Source: Nitrospirales bacterium (GTDB lineage Bacteria > Nitrospirota > Nitrospiria > Nitrospirales > UBA8639). Taken from it: DNA of 64,000 bases. A program made the translations under genes and the position numbers. This document shows positions 32,567 to 42,451 of the stretch, piece after piece. The DNA lies in NCBI GenBank assembly GCA_963555755.3, contig OY820905.2, positions 288,001-352,000 of the forward strand, read 5' to 3'. Each line of letters starts with the position of its first letter. Within the stretch, counting starts at the first letter, position 1. The notes beneath the pieces were generated by a model. That model saw nothing but the letters and a program-made list of their open reading frames with translations. It searched no databases and was not told the DNA's origin.

Positions 32567-33349
32567 GTGACGATCCTGGAAAAGATCAATTTTGCTGGGG
32601 CGACAATACTTGCCATTCAAGCTTTCATCATATTTGTCGTAGCCTATCATCGACAGCAAAGTCTACATTTGCAGGCGTTTTTTGTTCATTGGGGCATAGT
32701 ATGGCTCTGTTTGTTCATCTTTTACCTCCTCGATTTGATATACGAAACACCTGCATTAACATACGTTGGTATGAGTGTCGATACCATAGGCAACTTTGCG
32801 CTCGCCTTCGCGGCTTATGCGCTATTTAGAGCCGATCAATTCAATTGGTCAGACAGATTGCTCATTTACGGTTACGGAATACTACCAATAGTTATCGTTT
32901 TCAATATCGCAGTATATGTCCTCATCCCGAACTCAGATATTGTTTGGATTATGTTCTACAACTCGCCCAATATCCTGATGGCCGCTGGCTGCTCGATAGC
33001 AATAGGCATCGGACTATTCCGTGAACCCACCGCAAAAGTAGTCCGCTGGCCCTTAATGATCGTTTTTCTCACATATGCCTTCCTTCAAATTCCCGCGTAT
33101 TATTTGGATTTTCTAAAGAATGTGCCGGAACTTGATGCGAGTAAGAACGCCATGTCGGTTTTTCTCGCATCTGGTAAGTTCGTACTAATTGTTGCTTTCA
33201 CTACCATGGCAATTTCTAATACTGAAATTGGGAGCGAGAAGTTTGTTAAGACAATTCAAATAGCGACTTGGATTCTTACGCTCGGATTCAGCCTTTATAT
33301 ATTGCTATTTCGGTTGCTGCAGGCCCTCTCGCTTTCTAATGGAGGTTAG
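32567..33349 (+). CDS. Cassette polytopic membrane protein
   Basis: About 7-8 hydrophobic segments; AT-rich. Confidence 0.75.
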   Translation: MTILEKINFAGATILAIQAFIIFVVAYHRQQSLHLQAFFVHWGIVWLCLFIFYLLDLIYETPALTYVGMSVDTIGNFALAFAAYALFRADQFNWSDRLLIYGYGILPIVIVFNIAVYVLIPNSDIVWIMFYNSPNILMAAGCSIAIGIGLFREPTAKVVRWPLMIVFLTYAFLQIPAYYLDFLKNVPELDASKNAMSVFLASGKFVLIVAFTTMAISNTEIGSEKFVKTIQIATWILTLGFSLYILLFRLLQALSLSNGG

Positions 33350-33358
33350 TAGCCCTGC

Positions 33359-33469
33359 ACCTAACAAGGCGTTGAACCGGACGTGCCACAGCTGTCTTTT
33401 TTGTGCCGGCGGTTCATTTTTGTCCCAAAAAAGCCAGCTGCGGCACGCCGGTTAACTTTGTCGTTATGC
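33359..33469 (+). other. attC site
   Basis: ACCTAAC...GTTATGC. Confidence 0.88.
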
Positions 33470-33475
33470 TGCAAA

Positions 33476-33976
33476 ATGACTACTCGTTCTGATATCGAAA
33501 AGCGGTTCGTCGAACAGATCCGCTGCGTTGACGACCTCGCACAGATCGTCCTCAAGGGCCATCTGGTAATGGAAGAGGTGATGACCGAGGCGCTTGGTCG
33601 TTTTGTCCTGAACCCCGAATTCATTGAATCGGCAAGACTCCAATTCCATCAGAAGGTCAAACTATGCCGCGCAGCGTCCGCGAATGAAAAAGACAACTCA
33701 ATGTGGGCTCTGATTGATGCCCTAAACAGCCTAAGAAACCAATTGTCACACTCACTGGACGCAGAAAAGAAGCAAAAGAAACTTCAGACAATTCGCGAAC
33801 TATACGATCGCGAATTTCCAGATGGTAACCCGGACGAAATCGAAGACATGAACCCAGACTCAGCATTGTGCATGCTCGCGCTCTCTGGATGTTTGGGTTT
33901 CGTGTCGTCGCTCCTTGCCGAAATCAAAACATTTGAAGAGATGGTCAATCTTCATCGTCCACCACCAAGAGCTTGA
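33476..33976 (+). CDS. Cassette protein, HEPN/MtlR-like
   Basis: LKGHLVME and RNQLSH (RxxxxH). Confidence 0.6.
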   Translation: MTTRSDIEKRFVEQIRCVDDLAQIVLKGHLVMEEVMTEALGRFVLNPEFIESARLQFHQKVKLCRAASANEKDNSMWALIDALNSLRNQLSHSLDAEKKQKKLQTIRELYDREFPDGNPDEIEDMNPDSALCMLALSGCLGFVSSLLAEIKTFEEMVNLHRPPPRA

Positions 33977-33989
33977 TCGCACAAATACA

Positions 33990-34120
33990 GCATAACAAGG
34001 CGTTGCACCGGTGCACGCTCGTCTTTCGGCTTTTCAACGTCTTCACCTTCGTTTACGCTTTTTGGTTGTTCAAACGTTAATCCCATTGGGCCGCGTGCCC
34101 GGTGAACTTGGTCGTTAGAT
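33990..34120 (+). other. attC site
   Basis: GCATAAC...GTTAGAT. Confidence 0.88.
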
Positions 34121-34154
34121 GCTATTCGTCCTGTGAACTCAGGAAGGAGGTACC

Positions 34155-34778
34155 ATGCCTTTAAGTCGCTATCTGGCAGAAAAAGGGAACGCGTTAGAAT
34201 TCAACCTATGTGTTTTCGAAGGAAAGGACGATTGGTCTGACGAAGTACGAGAGAGGTTAATCGAAGAAAGCATACAGGTTTTGGATGACCTGACATTGGA
34301 TCCCGTTTTAAGCTTTTCACTACAGGTTGCCTACGAGACTGCACGGGAACCCGACGATTCGATCAAGAAGGTTCTTGCAGGAGGCGAGGCCCTAAATAGC
34401 TTTTTGGAATCCGAGAAATTTCTTCTGGAGTCATCGGGGTTTCAGGCGGGAACAGTTGATTCCGTTGTAGGCCTTGTCAGGGAGAATCTAGAAGCCGGGC
34501 TTAGTGGGCTCGTCCCGCCGAGCGATGTATTCAAGGCTATAGTTAGATTGAAATTTGCCTTAATTGAAGCCAAAGAAGGGAAGCGGCCATTCCGCTGGCA
34601 CCACGTTGCCCTAAAGCTCGCATTAGGATTCTCTGGAGCAAGTCTTATCGGGCTCAACGCCAGTGGATTGGCGCTAACCGTGGGAATTTTCGGACCACTT
34701 ACTGCTCTCTCCAGTGCTGTGGGCGGGATCATTCTTGGCGAATCAGGAAAAGGGGCGTTAGAACTGATATCGAGGTGA
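34155..34778 (+). CDS. Cassette hypothetical protein, C-terminal Gly-rich TM hairpin
   Basis: AGGAGG RBS; lies between attC sites. Confidence 0.75.
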   Translation: MPLSRYLAEKGNALEFNLCVFEGKDDWSDEVRERLIEESIQVLDDLTLDPVLSFSLQVAYETAREPDDSIKKVLAGGEALNSFLESEKFLLESSGFQAGTVDSVVGLVRENLEAGLSGLVPPSDVFKAIVRLKFALIEAKEGKRPFRWHHVALKLALGFSGASLIGLNASGLALTVGIFGPLTALSSAVGGIILGESGKGALELISR

Positions 34779-34825
34779 GTCCGACCTGGAGTTCAAGCAA
34801 ATCAGAACTAGGGTCGGAATATGCC

Positions 34826-34897
34826 ATCTAACAAGATGCTGCAGCTGACGGCCAACCCGCTGCGCGGCTTGTCTGCAGCTGAGCTTGGTCGTTAGCC
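34826..34897 (+). other. attC site
   Basis: ATCTAAC...GTTAGCC. Confidence 0.9.
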
Positions 34898-35015
34898 TGA
34901 CAGATTAGTTGTATAACAAGCTCCCGACTGGGAGGCGAAATCATGCAGATCCGAGAGGCTAGTTTGCATTTTGATCCAGCAGGAAAAGGAGAAGGGCATG
35001 AGTGGGCGAGAAACC

Positions 35016-35657
35016 ATGAGGCGAGCTAGGCTTGGTTTCCTGGCCGTTCTGCTGATCGCAGTTGGCTGTCAGGTAGCTGGTACACAGAAGGAGGGTGGAA
35101 AAACCATGAGTGGTCGTAACCTTACTCCGGAGCAGCAGGCGATGGTCGAGATATGGGAACGACACATGGCCGCCGAGTTCGAGGAGAAAAGTATCAACGC
35201 GACGATGGCGACAATGACGTCTGATCCCTTCGTCAATCATGTCCCTGTCATGACAGGTGGCGTTGGCTCTAGTGAAGTCCGCCACTTCTACAGCACGTAT
35301 TTCCTCCCCGGTCATCCACCGGACACCGAAACCTTACCGGTCGCTCGCACGGTTGGAGATGACCGCGTAGTGGACGAACTGATTCACAAGTTTACCCACA
35401 CGATCGAGATGCCGTGGATTCTCCCCGGCGTACCGCCTACGGGCAAACGGGTCGAAGTTGCCGTCATCGTGGTTGTGCAGTTTAAAGAGGGAAAGATCGC
35501 CGGTGAGCGCATCTACTGGGACCAAGCTTCCGTACTCGCGCAGGTCGGCATGATCGATGCGGAGAAACTGCCCGCGACAGGGATCGAGGCCTCCCGCAAA
35601 GTCGTTGACCCCGCACAGGAACCATCCAACAGGTTAATCAAGCGGGTGAGTGAATAA
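35016..35657 (+). CDS. SnoaL-like/ester cyclase family protein, possible lipoprotein
   Basis: VNHVP..TGG, LPGVPPTGKRVE, ERIYWDQASVL; LIAVGC lipobox-like. Confidence 0.8.
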   Translation: MRRARLGFLAVLLIAVGCQVAGTQKEGGKTMSGRNLTPEQQAMVEIWERHMAAEFEEKSINATMATMTSDPFVNHVPVMTGGVGSSEVRHFYSTYFLPGHPPDTETLPVARTVGDDRVVDELIHKFTHTIEMPWILPGVPPTGKRVEVAVIVVVQFKEGKIAGERIYWDQASVLAQVGMIDAEKLPATGIEASRKVVDPAQEPSNRLIKRVSE

Positions 35658-35664
35658 CAATGAT

Positions 35665-35813
35665 GGGGGCAAGGCTTGAATTCACACATTAACTTCCTTC
35701 TGGTCTGCCCTATGACGTGGGAGCAATCGGTGTGTGGAAAAGTTGAGGTAGACCCTGGAGCTCGATTTGCGTGTGCCCATGGCTCAAAAGGTATTCACTT
35801 ACAACCTGACCCC
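35665..35813. mobile_element. Element D (GGGG.CAAG...CTGACCCC), copy 1
   Basis: Five ~150-bp copies in window. Confidence 0.8.
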
Positions 35814-35849
35814 TTAACTATAAAAAGTTTTATACCAAGGGAGGTAAAT

Positions 35850-37076
35850 ATGCGTACCAAGTTGATGGCCATCATAGTTTTAACTGCAACGCAATTTTTT
35901 ATATCATCACCTGTGTTCTCAAAAGAAAACGATTTTACAACTCTTCGTGTGGCTTTATATCCCTATGTTCCCAATCGGCATTCCTTATTTCATAAAGTTG
36001 AAAAGATATTCGAGAGTCGTAATCCAGGTGTCAACCTGGAGTTAGTTGAAGATTCGGCTCTCCTCGAGAAATATTACTCAGGAGGGTTACAGAAAACAGT
36101 TGCCGATGTTTATGAAGTAGACACTATACTTTTATCCGATCTGATTAAGTCAGGAAAGATTTCACCTATTAAGCTTCCCAGCGGCTCATTTACGAAAGAA
36201 GCAATTGCTGCTGTGACTAGACACGGTGATGTTTACGGTGTTCCTCATTGGCTATGCGGGAATTTTCTCATTTATAAGAAGGGTGATATAGAAATTGAAA
36301 GTTCAAAAACCTGGAAAGATTTAAACGAGGTTCTAAAAAAACGGAATGAAAGTGTATTTGTTGATTTTAAGGGAAAATCAACCTTAGGAGAATGGTACCT
36401 TACAGCTTTGTCAGGACAGCAAGGGCTAGAGCAAGCGCAGAAGCACGTTTTAGAATCTGAAGAATTAGATGAACAAGCTGTTAGTTCTCTAGCTTCAATG
36501 TTGAAATCCTGTCCTGCGGGCTTTTGTCGTAATGATGATCTTCATGATCGTGCTGGTTATTATTCAAGGGCATTTATAGCAGGAAAGTCTAGCGGTTATG
36601 TTGGATATTCTGAATCAATTCACTATGGAATTCAGTATGCCATAGATAATTGCACGAAAACCTCAAGCTGTTTGTCAATAGATGACATTGCTGTTCGTAG
36701 GCTTCCTGGATTTTCGGAACGTTCGGTGAATGAAGGTATCGGGTGGGTCGATGCGTTAGCCACAGATTCAAGCCTGGATGCTAAAAAGAAAATTTTAGCC
36801 ACAAAGTTTATTGAATTTATGGTGTCTGAGGAAGCATATAAAGTAATTTTAGAGCCTGAATGGGGAGAAGCACCCAGATATTTAATTCCAGCACAAACAG
36901 GTATCAATATACAGAACGCGCCGTTATATGGTTCATTCTATGAAGCTCATTCTGGGAGGGCCACGGGAACATTGGTAGGGCTAAATAATAAGTTACGCGC
37001 AATGGGGAAGAAACTAAATTGTGAACTACCAATTAGCAGAACTGATATTGTTACATTAGAACAGTGTACTCCCTAA
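35850..37076 (+). CDS. Thiaminase I (thiamine pyridinylase)-like periplasmic protein
   Basis: LYPYVP, DVYEVD, YGVPHWLCGNFL (Cys), VGYSES (Glu), WVD; signal peptide. Confidence 0.72.
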   Translation: MRTKLMAIIVLTATQFFISSPVFSKENDFTTLRVALYPYVPNRHSLFHKVEKIFESRNPGVNLELVEDSALLEKYYSGGLQKTVADVYEVDTILLSDLIKSGKISPIKLPSGSFTKEAIAAVTRHGDVYGVPHWLCGNFLIYKKGDIEIESSKTWKDLNEVLKKRNESVFVDFKGKSTLGEWYLTALSGQQGLEQAQKHVLESEELDEQAVSSLASMLKSCPAGFCRNDDLHDRAGYYSRAFIAGKSSGYVGYSESIHYGIQYAIDNCTKTSSCLSIDDIAVRRLPGFSERSVNEGIGWVDALATDSSLDAKKKILATKFIEFMVSEEAYKVILEPEWGEAPRYLIPAQTGINIQNAPLYGSFYEAHSGRATGTLVGLNNKLRAMGKKLNCELPISRTDIVTLEQCTP

Positions 37077-37168
37077 AAATGCCTAACAAGACAAATTAAC
37101 TCGAAAAAGGTGGCGCTACCATTTTTCAATCTTCACGAAGCCACTTCAAGACCATCTTCGACAGAGAA

Positions 37169-37318
37169 GGGGTCAAGTATTGACTGCATACATTAACTTC
37201 CTTCTGGTCGGCTGCGATGACGTGGGATCAATCGGTGTGTGGGAAAGTTGAAGTAGACCCTGGAGCTCGATACGCGTGTGGCCATGGGTCAAAAGGTATT
37301 CACTCACAACCTGACCCC
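37169..37318. mobile_element. Element D, copy 2
   Basis: GGGGTCAAG...CTGACCCC. Confidence 0.8.
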
Positions 37319-37320
37319 TT

Positions 37321-37493
37321 CATCGTGCCACACCTTTCGCCATTCATTTGCCACGCATCTGCTGGAAGGCGGCTACGATATCAGGACAGTGCAAGAACTG
37401 CTGGGCCATCGCGACGTCAAAACGACCATGATCTATACTCATGTTCTCAATCGTGGGGCAGCTGGAGTCCGCAGTCCGCTGGATGGGTTGTGA
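37321..37493 (+). pseudogene. intI: intI 3' fragment, second lineage
   Basis: [44 protein letters not shown]. Confidence 0.9.
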
Positions 37494-37676
37494 GCCTATT
37501 CAAATAAGTGGCATTATCCTGATCCGCATAAGATGCCAAACTAACTGGACTCGTGGATGCAACCAATTGAAAAGACAACGATTCCGGCGTATTGTTCAGA
37601 AGGCGCGATGCGTGTTATCCGGACAGAAACTCGAAGACCCGTGCTCTTACACGGATCCATCTAAACATTGTTAGAC
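37494..37676 (+). promoter_or_regulatory. Promoter+attI-like module type 2, copy 1
   Basis: TTGAAA-17-TATTGT (37567-37595); homology to other copies stops at GTTA (37670). Confidence 0.78.
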
Positions 37677-37704
37677 GCCCTCGTATCGTCACAGCAGGAG
37701 CGAC

Positions 37705-38604
37705 ATGGCAAAAGCATCGCTGCCACTTCCGAACGGAGCGACTGTGGAAATCGAAGGCTCCATCCATGAAGTCAAGGAACTGCTCGAGTTCTACGGAGGG
37801 CGCGCTGGAAAGGAGTCCGGTGCACCCAAGAAGCGCGCATCCAAGAAAGGGACGAAGGCTGCCGAGCCAGCAGCACCCGAGGCCAAGGGCGTGGACATCA
37901 CGGAGGTAGTTAATCTCGTCAAGAGTTGCGACGAAGCCGAGGACATTGAGGCTCGAATTCTGGACAAGAGCACCCAGGTCGCTCGCGTTCTGCTTCCGCT
38001 CTATATGGTCCATGAGTACTTGGAGAACGCGCATGCCTTGTCATCGGGCGACGTTGCTGCAATTACAACTCAATTGAGCGTTCCAGTGGCTCAGCCGAAC
38101 GCTTCAAGAACGCTGTCAGGTACTGCGTCCAAGTACGTCATCGGCGACACCTCTCGGAAGAAGGGAGCTGCAGTCCGGTACAAGCTCAACAGGAGAGGTG
38201 TCAAGCACCTCCAGTCTGTCATAGCCGGCGATGCCGGTTCAGTCTCGAACGAAGCCACTGGCCACTCGACCCGAAAGAAAATACCGAAGAAGGCTGTCGA
38301 GAAGACTGGACCGAAGAAAAAACCCGCGAAACCGAAAGCGGCAAAGAAGCGAGCCTCCCGATCCTCAACAAAGGGAAGCAAGACCCGGCGCCCTGCCCCG
38401 GGCGAGATGCTAAGGGAACTTGTCGCAGGGGGATTTTTTCCCAAGTCGCGAACAATCAACGCAATCCAAGAACACGCCCAGCACAACCTTGCTCATACGT
38501 ATGGAGTCAACGAACTATCCACTCCGCTACGCCGCGACATTCACAATAACCTCCTAGTCAGGACAAAGAACTCCGATGGCCAGTACGAATACGCCGGGTC
38601 CTAG
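37705..38604 (+). CDS. Cassette protein with wHTH-like domains and Lys-rich linker
   Basis: GCAGGAG RBS; LSSGDVA.I..., YKLNRRG. Confidence 0.7.
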   Translation: MAKASLPLPNGATVEIEGSIHEVKELLEFYGGRAGKESGAPKKRASKKGTKAAEPAAPEAKGVDITEVVNLVKSCDEAEDIEARILDKSTQVARVLLPLYMVHEYLENAHALSSGDVAAITTQLSVPVAQPNASRTLSGTASKYVIGDTSRKKGAAVRYKLNRRGVKHLQSVIAGDAGSVSNEATGHSTRKKIPKKAVEKTGPKKKPAKPKAAKKRASRSSTKGSKTRRPAPGEMLRELVAGGFFPKSRTINAIQEHAQHNLAHTYGVNELSTPLRRDIHNNLLVRTKNSDGQYEYAGS

Positions 38605-39388
38605 TTCTGGCCTAGAAAGTGCTCTCGAAAACGCTCCATCCAAGTTTCGGAAGAGGATCATCGAATCCTATACTGAAATTAAACGCAGGCACCGCGAAGC
38701 AGGATCGGGGTCGGGGATCGACGCGGCCGGGCTGAGCGCTGGTAAGTTTTGCGAGTCGGCCATAAGGCTACTTCAGCACGAACTGACTGGTGACAGTGTC
38801 CGCTTCGGGAAACACATTCCCAACTTCCCGGACGCTTGTCGCAAGCTGATCGTCCTCGATGCCTCGACAGGTCCGGAATCACTGCGGGTCTTGATTCCGC
38901 GAGCGCTGGTTTTCCTTAATACTATGCGTGGGAAGAGAGGAATCGGCCATGTCGGCGGAGACATCGAGGCCAATTCAATTGATCTCGCAACAATCGTACG
39001 CATGTGCGACTGGGTACTGTGCGAGCTCATTCGTGTCTACCACAACCTTCCAATCGAAGATGCTCAAGCAGTAGTTGATTCGCTTGCGACCAAGCAGCTT
39101 CAGGACATCTGGGAAATCGGCGGAAGGAAGCGAATACTTCGCACAGGCTTGAATTTTAAGCAGGAGGTTCTTCTTCTTCTCTACTCGCAGCCCGACTCAG
39201 CCGCCCTGGCCGAGGAGCTGTTCGAATGGAGCGAGCATTCGAACAGCTCCGTTTTTCGCAGAGACGTCCTCAAGCCGCTCCACAAGGCGAAGTTAATCGA
39301 ATATGACCAAGCGGAAGAGATTGCATACCTATCCCCTCTTGGCGTCATAGAAGTCGAAGAAGTTCTCGATGACCGCCCGGGCGTCTAA
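38576..39388 (+). CDS. Cassette protein, HEPN-like N-terminus plus wHTH-like C-terminus
   Basis: GKFCES, RGKRGIGH, YLSPLG; ends at GGGCGTCTAAC complementary to the cassette start. Confidence 0.7.
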   Translation: MASTNTPGPSSGLESALENAPSKFRKRIIESYTEIKRRHREAGSGSGIDAAGLSAGKFCESAIRLLQHELTGDSVRFGKHIPNFPDACRKLIVLDASTGPESLRVLIPRALVFLNTMRGKRGIGHVGGDIEANSIDLATIVRMCDWVLCELIRVYHNLPIEDAQAVVDSLATKQLQDIWEIGGRKRILRTGLNFKQEVLLLLYSQPDSAALAEELFEWSEHSNSSVFRRDVLKPLHKAKLIEYDQAEEIAYLSPLGVIEVEEVLDDRPGV

Positions 39389-39468
39389 CACGAGCTTGCA
39401 GTCGGACTGGGCAACAGCCAGGCGTTACGACCTTTGGTAGTAAGGGAATAAGGGGGTCAAGATAAGGG

Positions 39469-41372
39469 CAGGGCCATTTCATTCTTTTTATAAGCAAGGG
39501 ATTCCATGAGGTTTTTTGTGCCCTCTTTTTCAGGGCAGGGCCATGCGGATGGCTAAATGGGGCTTGCCCCAGAGCAGTCTACACGCCTGCGCGATATTGG
39601 TGTAGCCTTTCAGGCGTAAGAGACTGATGGCATAGCGTCTCAGACAGGTCATGACCATTGGGCCATTGAGACTTCGTATCTGACTCCTGTCTTCATCAAA
39701 GGTGACGTCCAACACATAATGCTGCTTATTCTCCACACTCCAATGCTTTCGGTTTTGCGAGAGGATGGTCTTCGGCCCCGCCTTGTCTTTGGACTGACTC
39801 GTGACACCGCAGACCGCTTCGACGGTCGTGAGGCCCTGCTTGAGATGCGTCACTTCCCTCTCAATGCAGAAGACTTGCTGGACATGAGGAAAGTTGACAT
39901 AGGCATTCAGGGAGTCATCGCACCAGATCCTGCGGGTCGTGATCTGCCCATGGCCTTTCTCGGTGGTGGCATAATCGCACCGGCGTGCTCGCAACGCTAA
40001 GGCCTCAATGTCGTGCTTCAAGGTGGGCTGGTTTCCCTTGACGGTGAAGACGAAGTCGGCGCCGCGTTCGTGCACCAGGTACTCGGCAATCTCTTTCTGG
40101 GTGAGGAGCGCATCCGCCGTGATCACCTTCCCTGCGATCTCGAGCGCATCTAACAGGGGCCGCACGCAGGGGATCTCATTGGTCTTGGAGTGAACTTTTT
40201 TTGGGTGAGGTGGCGCCCGGCTTGATGGGTGACGGCGCTGAGGACGTGGGGCTGTTCGCTTGGGACCTTCGACGTCCCCCGCATGGTCTTCCCATCAATG
40301 GCAATGCCCTGATCCTCCCCGCCGAAGGTGTCCAGCCACCGGCCGAGCAGGGTATCGACTTCACAGGGGTCGACGGCCGTGATAAAGCGGTAAAGAGTGC
40401 TGCGGCTCGGGACGAGGTAGCGCCCCCCTCGCTGAGTACAGCCTAGCCGCTTGCGCATCGGCTGCGATAACTGCTGGGCCCAGTCCGAGATCGCTTCATA
40501 GCCGCGCGCGCCGCACAAGGTGGCACAGAACATGATCGCCGTGAGGGCGCGTCGGGTGTGCCGTTGCCCTTGCAAATGGCGGGGATCGGTCAGCTGCACC
40601 ACATACGTAAAGAGGGAGTCCGTCTGTTTTGTATTCAATCTCATCTGAGGCGCTTCTCCTTTCTGATAGGGCTGATCAAGCATCGGGCGTGCAAGGATCT
40701 CTCGGGCTTGGGGATGCAGCCGCACGACTAGGATGCGCTTCGGTCTCTCATGCTGAACATAACACGTGTTCGACTTGCGAAACCCTCGTGTCAGACCGAG
40801 CTCGTGCCACCCGGCGGCCCGATAGCAGGTCCCGGTGAAGCGGGCAGGATCGACGAAGGTCTCTAAGAGGAGCAAGGGGTAGCCGTGGTACAGTTGCCAA
40901 TCGGCCGAGATCCGTTTCGCGCAGAGCGACAGGACTTTCGAGGCGAGGTTCTTTTGCGAACAGCCCGGCAGCATGAGAAACCGGGTGTTGTTGGCCAGTA
41001 AATGGAGTCGTTGCCATTGAAAACAGGGGGGCCAGCCGATCCAGTGGTCTCGCGGTCTCGATTTGAGGGCCGCCGCCGCAAACACCAGCAAGGCCAGCCA
41101 GCGATCCTGCACACAGGCGAGATATTGTATCGATTGGCCAATCAGCGGGGCATGACCGAGGTAGTGGTGTCTGTCGAGAAGGGTCTTGAAGGCGTCCTTT
41201 TCGTCTCGGACAATTGGGCGAACCACGACTTGCCTCAGATCAATGTCCGGCTGTCCGCTTGGCGATTCGTCTGGCATGCAAAAGAGTATGCCGTAAACGA
41301 AAAGAAAAAGCCAGCCTAAATCGATTATTCCTTATTATCTATAAAGTTACACTTTAATATGAAATAGCCCTG
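39469..41372 (-). mobile_element. ISAs1-family element with DUF4338 fusion, copy 1 (1904 bp; ORFs 40150-41277 and 39530-40165)
   Basis: TIR CAGGGC; TSD AGATAAGGG; IAIDGKT, TADALLTQ, VKGNQ, HWSVEN..H. Confidence 0.92.
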
Positions 41373-41378
41373 AGATAA

Positions 41379-41528
41379 GGGTGGCAATTCTTGACTTCAT
41401 ATATTAACTTCCTTCTGGTCGGCCCGCGGACGTGGGCGCAATCGTTGTGTGAGAAAGTTGATGTAGAGTCTGGAGCTCGATACGCGTGTGGCCATGGGTC
41501 AAAAGGTATTAACTCACAACCTCACCCC
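41379..41528. mobile_element. Element D, copy 3 (left end hit by ISAs1)
   Basis: Homology to the other D copies. Confidence 0.78.
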
Positions 41529-41533
41529 TTAAC

Positions 41534-41713
41534 TATTCAAATAGGTGGGATTACCCGGATCCGCATAAGATGCCAAAATAATTGGACTCGTAGACGTAAC
41601 CAATTGAAAAGACAACGATTCTGGCGTATTGTTCAGAAGACTCGCTGCGTGTTATCCGGACAGAAACTCGAAGACCCGTGCTCTTACACGGATTCATTTA
41701 AACACTGTTATGC
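41534..41713 (+). promoter_or_regulatory. Promoter+attI-like module type 2, copy 2
   Basis: TTGAAA-17-TATTGT (41604-41632); GTTATGC at 41707. Confidence 0.75.
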
Positions 41714-41743
41714 CTCCTCAATTAAAAACCAGGGAGCGATTCT

Positions 41744-42313
41744 ATGAGAACAATTAGATTGTTGATTATCGTCATCGCAGTAAGCAATGCCAACACGGCT
41801 ATAGCGCAGCAAATCCCACCACCCGTTGACCTCGGTATTCAGAACATTCTCCAAGAAACGGAAGTCTGGTGCTGGGCGGCCGTAGCTCAACAAATAATAC
41901 TCGCCTTAAACGGACCTCAGGGTACGCCACCACAATGCGCGATGGTTGCTATAGCTAATAACGCAAACCCTCAAATCTGCTGCCAAATACCGCAACAGTG
42001 CCTGGTCGGAGGTAGTCTTCAACAGATACAAGGTCTAATTGCACATTTCGGTGGGCACTATTCAGCCATTGCTCCGCCAGCAGATCCCATGACTATATAT
42101 AACTCGCTAGCATCGGGGAAGGCGATAATTATGGCAGTACGGTCTAGTCCTTTTAGTGGTCACGTCATTGTAATACGCGGGATGCAATGGGTTCCAACCC
42201 AGTTTGGCTTCCAGCCGGTACTACATATAAACGATCCAATGTCGTTTTTTACGCAACCAGTACCATTTCAGAATATCGTTGGATATTGGCAAGCGGCGAT
42301 AGTCGTTCACTAG
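41744..42313 (+). CDS. Exported papain-like cysteine peptidase (cassette)
   Basis: Signal peptide; QETEVWCWAA, GHVIVIRG, INDP. Confidence 0.75.
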   Translation: MRTIRLLIIVIAVSNANTAIAQQIPPPVDLGIQNILQETEVWCWAAVAQQIILALNGPQGTPPQCAMVAIANNANPQICCQIPQQCLVGGSLQQIQGLIAHFGGHYSAIAPPADPMTIYNSLASGKAIIMAVRSSPFSGHVIVIRGMQWVPTQFGFQPVLHINDPMSFFTQPVPFQNIVGYWQAAIVVH

Positions 42314-42430
42314 ATGCATAACAAATCGTTCAACGCGGACGCTAGATGCATAACAAATCGTTCAACGCGGACGCTTGACTGTGGCTTGCCGTTTGCTGCG
42401 GCTTCGGTCGGCCTCAATCAAGCGCCGGAA
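42310..42430 (+). other. Truncated attC with 32-bp tandem duplication
   Basis: CTAGATGCATAACAAATCGTTCAACGCGGACG x2; no GTT R' box. Confidence 0.75.
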
Positions 42431-42451
42431 AGGTGAGGGGGCAATAAGGGG

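Noticed and set aside
37592..37909. ORFs starting MFRR..NSKTRALTRIHLNIVR (also at 44762)
   Set aside because: They read through the attI module; the real cassette genes start after the GTT core
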